From assembly GCF_004010195.1 (NCBI RefSeq), contig NC_057719.1, forward strand, positions 41,543,774 to 41,576,876: a DNA stretch of 33,103 bases, given 5' to 3'. This DNA comes from Chiloscyllium plagiosum (lineage: Eukaryota). Position numbers and translations under genes: made by a program. A model generated the notes under the pieces. The model ran no database searches, was not told where the DNA came from, and worked only from the letters and a program-made list of their open reading frames with translations. Shown piece after piece: positions 22,353-32,694 of this stretch (positions are counted from its first letter, which is position 1; each line of letters opens with the position of its first letter).

Positions 22353-23596
22353 AGGATTTGCTGGCATTTGGAAAGGCAAAGACTCATTTAGAATAGTCAG
22401 TATGGCTTTGTGTGTGGGAAATCATGTCTCACAAGTTTGACTGAGTTTTTTGAAGGCATGACAGCAAAGTTAATGAGGTCAGTGTTGACAAGGTACCACA
22501 TGGTAAGTTGAGTAAGGTTAAATCTCATAGGATCCAAGGACAGCTAGCCAACTGGATACAAAATTGGCTTGACAGTAGAAGATGGAGGGTGGTGGTAGAG
22601 AGTCATTTTTCAGACTGTGTCACAGGGATTGGTGCTGGGTCCACTATTATTCATTATTTACACATATGATTTGATGAGAATTTAGGAGGTATGCTTAGTA
22701 AGTTTGCAGATGACACAAAGATTGGTGGACAGTAAAGAAGGTATCTGGGAATGCATTGAGATCTTGATCAACTGGGCCAGTGGACTGAGAAATGGCAGAT
22801 GGAGTATAATTTAGATAAATGCAAAGTATTGCATTTTGATAAACCAACTAGGGGAGGACTTACACAACCAATGGTAAGGCCCTGGGGAGTGTTACAGAAC
22901 AAAGAGATCTGGAGGAACAGATTCATAGCCATTTGAAAATGGAGTCACAGGTAGAAGAAGGTGAAGAAGGCTTTTGGCAAGCTAGCTTTAATTTGTCAGA
23001 TCATTGAATATGAGATGCAACATCTTGTTGCAGCCATACAAGACATAGGCAAGGCCATATTTCAAGTAATGCATGTAGTTCTGGTCACCCAACTATAGAA
23101 AGGATATTATTAAACTAGAAAGAGTACAGAAAAGATTTACAAGGATGCTACCTGGACTGGAGGTTATGAGTTATTAGGAGAGATTCGTTAGACTGAGACT
23201 CTGCTCTCTGGAGCATAGGAGATTGAGAGGTGACCATATAGAGACATATCAAATCATGAGAGGCATAGATAAGGTAGATAGTGGACAGCTTTTCCCCATG
23301 GAATGGGAGTCAAAAACTAGAGGACATAGGCTTAAGGTGAAAGGGAAGAGACACAAAAGAGTCTGGAGGGGCAACCTTTTTTCACACAGAGGCCTGGAAT
23401 GGGTTGCCAGAGGTAGTGGTGGAAGCAAGTATAATTTTGTTATTTAAGAAACATTTATACAGGTACATGAGTGAGATAGGTATGGAGGGATATGGACCAA
23501 AGACAGGCAAACTCGTTTAAATTGTGAAACCCGGGCAGCATGGGCACGTTGGGCTGAAGGGCCTGTTTTCATGCTGTCAAGCTATACGACTCTATT
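22353..23596 (+). mobile_element. CR1 LINE RT region to 3' tail (degraded)
   Basis: YGFVCGKSCLTSLTEFFE, GLVLGPLLFIIY, SKFADDTKIG, LERVQKRFTRMLPGL, RGDHIETYQIMRG. Tail gggctgaagggcctgtttt..gactctat. Confidence 0.92.
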
Positions 23597-23629
23597 TAAA
23601 TGATGCCAAACCACATATCAGGACACGGA

Positions 23630-24080
23630 AAGGATTTCAGAAAGAAACATGATTTTGCTGGTGGAGCTTAATATGAGGTCTTCAATGACCAGTCTCAGAA
23701 AGGAGTGGGAGCAGGTGACCAGGTGTCTGGAACCAAGGACTGAGCAGAGCATCATGAGAATCACTTCATATGGGTGATCAATGTCAGTAAATGTGTCTTT
23801 ACATGATATCTCCCAAATAGCTCATCAGCAGCATCCCTAGCACATATGGCTTATGGCTAACAGTCAGAGAACTCACACACTTACCAATTCTGCCAATCTC
23901 ACATCAACCTCTTGTTGCCTGCACATCCTTCCATCCATTGAGGTTTGACTGGCCCATCACCCAAACATAGTCACTAACATTCTTCTCTGTCTTATAAGAT
24001 AATGTGACACATAATAGAAGGGAACAGATCAGTGAGAGATAAGGCTACCTACATCTCTGAAGTCCAAATAAAGGAGACGA
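23630..24080 (+). pseudogene. Harbinger Myb/SANT-like gene remnant
   Basis: RNMILL..RSSMTSLRKEWEQVT..PRTEQ, and after a putative intron DNVTHNRREQ (~23998). Convergent with the transposase remnant. Confidence 0.55.
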
Positions 24081-24934
24081 GGCTGAATTCTACTTTTTTG
24101 GTTAAGTGCAAGTTGCATTGAGTTTTTTGGAGGGTTTCACATCTTACCAAACTCACCTAATTAACTATCTACCCTGTTGTTATGGCATTCCACCCATTTG
24201 ATTCAAACGCCATTGTACCTTACACTGTTCCTGGAACAACTTGCCACTCAGTGGATATGTGCTGAATTACTGGATTTGTGCATGCATCTTTGAAAGGTTA
24301 TTGTGCACCTGAACAAGTATTGACAGTCTGGTGTTGTCCTTCACTGGTAGCGTAATAACACAACAGGTACAAAACTAAGCTTGCATGGCTTATCCTCCCT
24401 CTCATATGTAATCTCATTCTCTCACCTTGGTCATCATTTAACCACCAACGCACTTTACCTGTTTATAGCTACACTCTCTCTCTCTCTCTAGGACACTGGC
24501 CCACAGGAGACCCTCATTGTCCAGTAGGGGAACATCGCAGACAGGCAAACCAATGGACAATTCTGAACATGAGGTTTTATTTACAGCCACCATAAGTGAT
24601 CATAAACATAAAGGACTGAGGCTGACATTTGTCTCCACAGTGCAACCAAATGCTGACACCATGGTCACTGACAATTTAACATTCCACGATGGAATGCTGC
24701 ACCAAGTGGCATCAGATCCTCTCCGGTCTGCAGCAGCTGGTGTAGCTGCACTCTGTCATGACAAGGAGAGTTTCCTTCTTCCTTCTCTGTCTGGTACACC
24801 CTGTCCAGACTACACTGGAAGGCCTCTCCAGACCGGTCTAAACAATGGAACTACATTTTCATCAGCCCATACTATACCATGATCCTGGTTAAAGCATTAG
24901 TTCTGTATCTATATCAGTTAGGGGGTTATGCTAT

Positions 24935-25560
24935 GGGTCATGAGCCATTATCACAGCGGGTAGCACTTGTCCCTCAAGCCCTTTAAGGCACCTGGACCCT
25001 CAAACACAGCAGATACATGAGAGTGCACCAGGATATAGGAGTTGTGGCAGCTGCTATGGTAGTGGGTATACACCTCCAGGAAGTGGTAACAGTGATCACA
25101 GATCACCTGAACATTAAATGAGTTGAACTCTTGCTGTTGATGAATTGTGCATTGTTGTGTTTGAATCCTCTCAGGGCCATATGTGTGCAGTCAATGGCAC
25201 CTTGAATTGGGGAAGTCAGCTATGTCTCTGAATCCTACTGCCCAGGCTGCAGCACTGACCTTGTCACTGGGGGATAAATTGAAGCTGGCTGATCTTGCAC
25301 AAATGCTATCCATCCTGATATATCTTGGGAGCATGACTGAGAGATCCCATTGAGAGGACATCCATATCTCTCTGAAAGGAGCCAGTTATATATAGGTTCA
25401 AAGTAGCGGTCACTTTCACAGCCACAAGGAGAGGATGGCCTCCCACTACTGTAGCCCTCATTACTGCAGCCCTCATGTCCTGCTCAAATATTTGACGTAG
25501 TTCTGTCACTGTGTCCCAGGACATAGAGAGCCATTGTGACTCGGTCAGTCCCAGGAAATA
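24935..25560 (-). pseudogene. Harbinger (HARBI1-like) DDE transposase remnant
   Basis: TVTELRQIFEQD, GGHPLLVAVKVTATLNLY.TGSFQ, GF.DIADFP, QGAIDCTHMAL (GAIDCTH at 25201-25181), FIN.K, FNVQVICDH, SCHNSYIL, DKCYPL**WLMT. Multiple frameshifts and stops. Confidence 0.88.
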
Positions 25561-25789
25561 GAGTCAGGTCAAGAAACGCTAGTCCTCCAGTGTGTCCAAC
25601 ACATCTTGAGAAGTCCTGTGGCTGAGACCTGAGCTGGATGCTTCTGGTCCTCCTATTCTTGCTACTGGGCTTGCCATTGGCCCTGGTCTTTCTACTTCTG
25701 TCTTCACCTTCTTAGGAAGGCAACCATCATGAATGGGCTGCACAGAATAGATGAGGTGAAACTGTTTCTGCTGATAAAGAAACAAGAAC

Positions 25790-26052
25790 GAGAAGGCTTA
25801 GAAGCACGAGTCATGTGAGAAAAAGTTTTTCACACGAGTATGGAATGCACTGCCTAGAAATGTGGTGAAGGCAGGTTCAATTGAGGTATTCAAGAGAGAT
25901 TGGATTTGTTTTTTGGATAGTAAAATGTACAGGGATACAGAGAAAGGGCACAAGATTGGCACAGATAATGTGCTGCTCTGTGTAATACAGCCAGTATAGG
26001 CACGATGGGTCAAATGGCCTCTTTCTGCAATGCAGTAATAGTGTGATTCTGT
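25790..26052 (+). mobile_element. CR1 3' fragment
   Basis: tttttcacacgagtatggaatgcactgcct..ttcaagagagattggat..gggtcaaatggcctct..gtgattctgt. Confidence 0.75.
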
Positions 26053-27090
26053 TAATCTCCCCATTGGCTGGGAGCCAGGGTCTCGGTGGAAATGACCCAT
26101 ATTGGGAAGCGAAGGAGTGAAAGAGGTTCTTCGATCTCAGAAGAGTCAGGGGTGACATACTCTTCACACATCCCTCCACACAGTGAGACAATGCAGTGCC
26201 CTGATATAAAGGACCATGTCTCCATCATTCATTCAGCTTTGTCTTCAGCATATGCACCAACTTGATGAAGCTGACAAACCAGCCGAAATACCAACACATC
26301 ACATCAAAAAAGGAGTGTCTGCTCTGGTCCAACCCCCTTCCCATGCCAGAAGCACATTAACCAACTTCTCACTGCACTCAGTGCAGATGAACAGACATAC
26401 AGACATGATAGATGATGAGGCGATGGCATGTTCCTCCAACAGCATTCTTGGAAGTTACACGAATATTGGTTTGAAGTCTCAAAGTGCACATTGAGCCGCA
26501 TATACTCTCCCCAGCAACATCACATGAACCTTACTGAGAGCATCCATTTTATCATCAGGAAGTAAAGTTCACCTCCATACCAGCACTTAAAGCAATGCCA
26601 AGTGAGCGAATTTCTAACCCATGCAGTTAACCTCCAAGTTTCATCGTTTCCTGCAAAAACAATTCTTTTTAAAGTAACCCATCTATTCTGCTCTTCATTT
26701 GATAATGAAATAGTTATCCAGGAGCAGATCAAAGACAGCAAATTAGAATATTTTTAGATCTTTACCTATCATGAAGCTTTACTTCATATAAATGAATTTG
26801 TATTTACATCTGTTTGCTATAAGAGGAACCAGTTTCCTCAAAGATGAAACTGACCTGAGGCTTGGTTTTGGGGTAAGCCTTCTACCTAACATCTGCATCT
26901 GCAAGAGGCATAACAATATATCGTTTTAATAAAATCTAGCTTAGAGAAGAGATAAAACACAAGGGTAAGCTAAGGTTTGGAATGAGACACAGAACATACT
27001 TACTGAAAGCCCCTGTTTGAATTGAGGTCTTCAATTTTGAGAAACTTCTGGCTCTTAAAGGTCTATTTGTGTTTCGAGTGTTGGAGTAGT

Positions 27091-27454
27091 TTAGATTACT
27101 TACAGCATGGAAACAGGCCCTTCGGCCCAACAAGTCCACACTGACCCTCTGCAGATTACTTACAGCATGGAAACAGGCCCTTCATCCCAACAAGTCCACA
27201 CTGACCCTCCGAAGAGCAACCCACCCAGACCCATTCCCCTACACCGAACACTAGGGGCAATTTAGCATGGCCAATTCACTTAACCTGCGCATCTTTGGAC
27301 TGTGGAAGGAAACTGCAGCAACCGGAGAAAACCCATGCTGACACAGGGAGAATGTGCAAACGCCACACAGACATTCGCCCGAGGCAGGTATTCAACCCGG
27401 GTCTCTGGCTCTGTGAGGCAGCAGTGCTAACCACTGTGCCACTGTGCCACCCAC
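27091..27454 (-). mobile_element. HE1-type V-SINE with tandemly duplicated 3' tail
   Basis: Reverse complement of the 11518-11829 family. 60-bp duplication at 27093-27152 / 27153-27212. Possible TSD GGAGTAGT (27083-27090) / GGGGTAGT (27455-27462). Confidence 0.92.
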
Positions 27455-28778
27455 GGGGTAGTGTTTCTGCTGTTTCATCAGTTAGATAGTCCTTCTTACA
27501 CTGGTGGGGTCTTTATCAGAGGTGGGAATCCCACCAAATCTCTACACTGCCCCTCAAGTGATAACTCAAACTAGAGAAATGGTGTAGGAGTCAGACACAT
27601 TAGAGGGCCAGGTGAACATTCTACCCCATTGAAGACAGAAATACCAGTTTGTACAAGAACAGAAGAAATGGGAATTGAAGTAGATCAGATAGTTAATCAA
27701 GCGTGATCCACCATTCAAAAGTCAGCCTAAAAACTAAAACTCTCTCTCTCAGTTATGGAATTTTCGTTAAGCTAAAAATGGTTCAATTTCCAGAATTCTC
27801 GAACAAATCTTGAAGTTGCATTATTTACTATTCTGGATCACAAACAACTTAAAATAAACTAAAGTCCATTAATTTTGAAGCCAGGCCGCAAAACTGCCTT
27901 TAAAATAAATCATCATGGTTACAGAAATGCTTATAACTTCATTATTAAATTTTGGCACACCAAAAACCCCCAGTTATTAACTCAAAAAAGAAATCCAAGC
28001 TTACAACATTTAACATTAAAATTTATACACATAAATTCCACAGTTTATATCACACCTGAGAGACTAAAAATCTACCTATTTCAGCTTTGTAAGTACTTAA
28101 TACAGGAGTATCCAGTATTCTCTAGTGTAGAGAATTCCAAAGATTCATAATCCCTTTGAGTGAAGTCATTTCTTATTTCTCAGTTCGAAACAAGCAGCTT
28201 TTTATCTTGAAGTTGTGCTTCTGTTTTTTAGATTCCCCATCAGTGGAAAAACTCTGTTAGCATTTACCCTGTCAAATCCTCTTAGAATTTTATGTTTCAA
28301 TGAGGTCACCTCTCATTATTCACAAAACCATTCGCAGTATTCCAGCTGTGTTCTGACTGCAGCCTTGTACAGTTTTAGCAAACCTCCCTATTTTTTACAC
28401 CACTCCCTTTCAACTGAAGTCCAACATTCCATTTGCCTTCCTTACTATCCATTGAACATGGATGCAAGTTTTTTTGTGAATCATGAATGAGCCATCCCAA
28501 ACATGTCTATTCTATGGCTTTCTGCAGTCTTTCTCCATTTAAAAAAAAATGAAGTTCCATTATCCTTCCTAACAAAGACCATAACCTCACATTTACCCAC
28601 ATTATATTCCATCTGCCAAATATTTGCCCACATCCTTAACCTGTCTATATTCCCTCTGCAGACTCTGTGTCATCCTCACCACTTGCCTTCTCACCTATTT
28701 TTGTGTAATCCATAAACTTGGCTCTAATTCATTCACTTTCCTCATCAAAGTCATTAATATATGTTGTAAATAATTGTG

Positions 28779-28970
28779 CTGAAACTTTATTGCTGGAACA
28801 GCACAGCAGGTCAGGCAGCATCTAGGGAACAGAAGATTCGACGTTTCGGGCACATGCATGTGCCCGAAACGTCGAATCTTCTGTTCCCTAGATGCTGCCT
28901 GACCTGCTTTGCTGTTCCAGCAATAAAGTTTCAGCTTTGATCTCCAGCGTCTGCAGACCTCACTTTCTCC
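28779..28970. mobile_element. Young PLE hairpin insertion containing a spacerless 158-bp palindrome
   Basis: Arms 28778-28856 and 28857-28935 with one mismatch. Perfect 14-bp TSD TGTAAATAATTGTG at 28765-28778 and 28971-28984. Confidence 0.92.
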
Positions 28971-29013
28971 TGTAAATAATTGTGGCCCAGCGATGCTCCC
29001 TGTGGCACATGAC

Positions 29014-29989
29014 CTGTTTAAGAAAGGTGGTAAGGACAAGCCAGGAAACTGTAGACCAGTGAGCCTGACGTCGGTGGTGGGCAAGTTGTTGGAGGGAATC
29101 CTGAGGGACAGGATGTACATGTATTTGGAAAGGCAAGGACTGATTCGGGATAGTCAACATGGCTTTGTGCGTGGGAAATCATGTCTTACAAATTTGATTG
29201 AGTTTTTTGAAGAAGTAACAAAGAGGATTGATTAGTAAGGCATTCGACAAGGTTCCCCATGAGAGACTGATGAGCAAAGTTAGATCTCATGGAGAACTTG
29301 CCATTTGGATATAGAACTGGATCAAAGGTAGAAGACAGAGGGTGGTGGTGGAGTGCTATTTTTCAGACTGGAGGCCTGTGACCAGTGGAGTGCCACAAGG
29401 ATCAGTGCTGGGTCCACTACTTTGCATCATTTATATAAATGAATTGGATGTGAGCATAAAAGGTATAGTTAGTAAGTTTGCTGATGACACCAAAATTGGA
29501 GGTGTAGTGGACAGTAAAGAAGGTTACCTCAGATTACAACGGGAACTATAGGGAGAGATTGAGTCGGCTGGGGCTGTTTTCCCTGGAGCGTCAGAAGCTA
29601 AGGGGTGACCTTGTAGAGCTTTATAAAATCATGAGGGGCATGGATAGGATAAATAGATAAAGTCTTTTCCCTGGGGTGGGGGAGTCCAGAACTAGAGGGC
29701 ATATGTTTAGGGTGAGAGGGGAAAGATATAAAAGAGACCTAAGAGGCAATTGTTTCACTCAGATGGTGGTACGTGTATGGAATGAACTGCCAGAGGAAGT
29801 GGTGGAGGCAAGTACAATTGCAACATTTAAGAGGCATTTGGATAGATATATAAATAGGAAGAGTTTGGAGGGATATGGGCCAGGTGCTGGCAGATGGGTC
29901 TAGATTGGGTTGGACTATCTGGTCCGCATGGATAAGTTGGACCGAAAGATCTGTTTCCTTGTTGTACATCTCTATGGCTCTATGACTCT
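29014..29989 (+). mobile_element. CR1 LINE RT region to 3' tail, with internal deletions
   Basis: LFKKGGKDKPGNCRPVSLTSVVGK, QHGFVRGKSCLTNLIEFF, SGVPQGSVLGPLL, SKFADDTKIGG. (CTCTATGA)n tail. TSD or microhomology ATGAC at 29009-29013 and 29990-29994. Confidence 0.95.
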
Positions 29990-30522
29990 ATGACTAGTTA
30001 CAGTTGCCATTCTGAAAATGCCCTCTTATCCTAACTCTCTGTTTTTCATTTGTTACCTATCTATTAGTTTATTTACACTCTTTGTTATATCCTCAAAATA
30101 ATTATAATAACCTTGTCAAACATATTTCTCTTTTCCTAATTATGTAATAACTTTCCAAGTTCATTGTTTTATAAATAATGTTCCAAACGTTTTGCAGTAA
30201 ATGATGTAAAGCTGTAGTTTCTGACGTTCCCTTTTCTTTCTCCTCCCTTACTTGAAAAGTAATGTTATATTTGCTAACTTACAAACTAATAGAACTGGTC
30301 CTGAATCTAAGAACATTTAGAAAATCATTGCTCACACATCCACTAACTCTGCAGCTGTCTCTTCTAAAACCCAAAGATATATGCTATCAATTCCTGTGAA
30401 CTTCTCAAATCTTAGTTCGTTAAGTTGCTCCAATACTTTTTCTCTGACAATATTAATTACCTAATTTCCTCACTCCTTCAGCATCAATGTTACTGTCTAC
30501 TTTTGCTATGCAACTTCCAAAT

Positions 30523-30739
30523 CCAAGATGGCAGCACTGTAGGAATTCTCAGCTAGAGCTCGTCCACTCCATCCATTTCTTTTCTTTTATTCTGTCTTTT
30601 TGTGTTTCCTTTCCCTTTTTTCTTCTTATCTATCTTCTGTCCTTGAGTCTCAAGTGAAGTCATCGCAGATTCTCAGCCTCAGCATTGACTCCCAGTCTCA
30701 GTGCAGACCCCAGCCTCAACGTGGACTCCCAGTCTCCGG
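30523..30739 (+). mobile_element. Truncated relative of the 2061-3560 composite element (head, CT tract, four ~19-bp repeats)
   Basis: caagatggcagca..agctagagctcgtccactccatc aligns with 2062-2111. Units cccagcctcagcgtggact-like at ~30672-30739. Confidence 0.5.
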
Positions 30740-31703
30740 CCAAATTATTTTTACACAGTTTTTATCACTTTTCCATTCCCCAATTTCTCCTGTTTACACT
30801 TCTAACTGTTTCTAAAGTATTTACTTCAGTCACTCTTTTTCTTTTTATATATTTATAAATGCTCTTACAATCTGTTTTTATATTCCTGGCTAGTTTACTG
30901 ACAAATTTTATTTCTCTTTTTATCCCTTTTTATTAACACCTTGGTGACCTTTTATTGACCTTTCTCAGTCTTCTGACTTGCCACTGTCTTTTTGAGACAT
31001 TATAAGTCTTTGCTATTAATTTAATACCGTACTTAACTTTCCCAGTGAGTTTTGGAAGCGTCTATTTGTTGATGTGTTTTATAAAGGAAAGTATCTTTTC
31101 AATATTTTGAATTATTTATTTAAATGCTCCTTGCTTATTTACACCATACCATTTAATCTGTTCATCCAATCAACCTTAAGATGGCTCTTCCGTCCTATCC
31201 AACTAATTGGTCTTATTTAAGTTTAAGATTCTTGTTTGTGATTGGAGTAAAGCACGTTCAAACTTAAAATGGAATTTGAGTGGGAGCAGCGTCGAAGGTA
31301 AAAGCGAACCCGGGAGACTACAGCAAAGGTAAGACAGTTTGTTTTAAAATTGCTTACCTGTAGCGGGCAGCGGTGTGTTTTTTTTACTCTCTCTCCACAG
31401 AAAGAGCGGGAGCAGCAGAGGAAGTGACGGCAAGCAGAGGGGCAGCCGGGAAGGAAAAGTGAGTATATAAGTCAGGCACCCACCCTCCTCCTCTAACCTT
31501 CTTAACTACTCTGCTTTTTCTTTTAAGGTAAGGATTTTTATTTCTTTACCAGGGACTAGTTAAAAATTTACTTTGTTTTTTTTTGTATGTGTGTGTATAC
31601 ATCAAGTCCTTATTTAGGGTAAAAAAAAACGAGAGCAGAGAGGTATCAGAAGGTATTCTAATTCATACTTGTACAAAGTAACTAATTAACTAACTAAGCA
31701 GAG

Positions 31704-32659
31704 ATGGCTGGGCAGGTGATGTGTTGTTGCTGTATGATGTGGGAGCTGGCTGATCCCATTGTGAACGGCAGTGACCACATCTGCAGCAAGTGTTGGTTGC
31801 TGGAAGAACTCCGGATCAGAGTTGATGATCTGGAATCTGAGCTTCAAAAACTGCGGCACATCCGGGAGGGGGAGAGTTACCTGGACACTTTGTTTCAGGA
31901 GGCAGTCACACCTGGGAGATTAAGTAATTCACATCCAGTTAGTGATCAGGGACATCAGAGTGTGACTGTAAGGCAGGTAGGGGGAACCGGAGTTCAGGAG
32001 TGGAGGAGCCTCAGCCCTTAACCTTGTCCAACAGGTACGAGATTCTTGCTCCCTGTACAGATGAGGAAAAGGGTTCTGGACAGGATGAGCCAACTGACCA
32101 AGGCACCATGGTCCAGAAGGCCATTCAAGAGGGGGGAGCTAATAGACAAGTAGTGGTTATAGGGGATTCTATAATTAGGGGGACAGATAGTATCCTATGC
32201 AAGCCGGATCGGGAGTCTCGTATGGTGTGTTGCCTGCCCGGTGCCAGGGTGCGAGACATGTCCGACCGTCTTGAAAGGATATTGGAGCGGGAGGGGGAGG
32301 ATCCAGTTGTTGTGGTCCACGTTGGTACCAACAACATAGGCAAGACTAGGGTGGAGGACCTGTTTGGGCATTATGAAGCACTAGGCAGGAAATTGAAACA
32401 CAGGTCCTCAAGGGTCATAATCTCCGGATTACTGCCCGAGCCAAGTGCCAATTGGCATAGGGACAAGAAAATTAGGCAAGTAAACACGTGGCTAAGGGAT
32501 TGGTGTGGGAAAGAGGGATTCCACTTCATGGGGAATTGGCATCAGTTTTGGAACAGGGGGGATCTGTACCATTGGGACGGTCTCCACCTGAACCGATCAG
32601 GTACCAATATTCTAGCGAAGAGGATAAATAGGATGGTCAGTAGGACTTTAAACTTCTGA
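31704..32659 (+). CDS. CR1 ORF1p: zinc finger, coiled coil and SGNH esterase; one frameshift at ~31946-32021
   Basis: CCCCMM..HICSKC followed by LEELRIRVDDLESELQKL (31704..). In the second frame: LSNRYEIL, VIGDSIIRG, CLPGARVRD, VHVGTNN, DGLHLNRSG (32000..32659). Confidence 0.9.
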
Positions 32660-32694
32660 GTTGGGGGGAAGGGAAAGTCAAAGCGACAGGGAGT

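Larger units (their letters stand above)
27652..31278 (-). mobile_element. Old CR1 LINE (EN end through RT to 3' tail) fragmented by younger insertions
   Basis: Minus strand VPQGASLGPQLFT|TYINDFDE..AKFMDYTKIG..WANIWQMEYNVGKCEV at ~29010-28570. Continues at 29995-31278, with a tail-like piece at 27652-27720. Confidence 0.75.

Noticed and set aside
24935..25560. Host HARBI1 gene
   Set aside because: Multiple stops and frameshifts plus an adjacent Myb/SANT remnant indicate a dead transposon.
26570..26655. Minus-strand exon candidate (NDETWRLTAWVRNSLTWHCFKC)
   Set aside because: Acceptor is plausible but the donor is weak and the peptide is unrecognised.
31946..32021. Programmed frameshift inside CR1 ORF1
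   Set aside because: No X_XXY_YYZ heptamer in the overlap. A small deletion near 31970 or a sequencing error is simpler.
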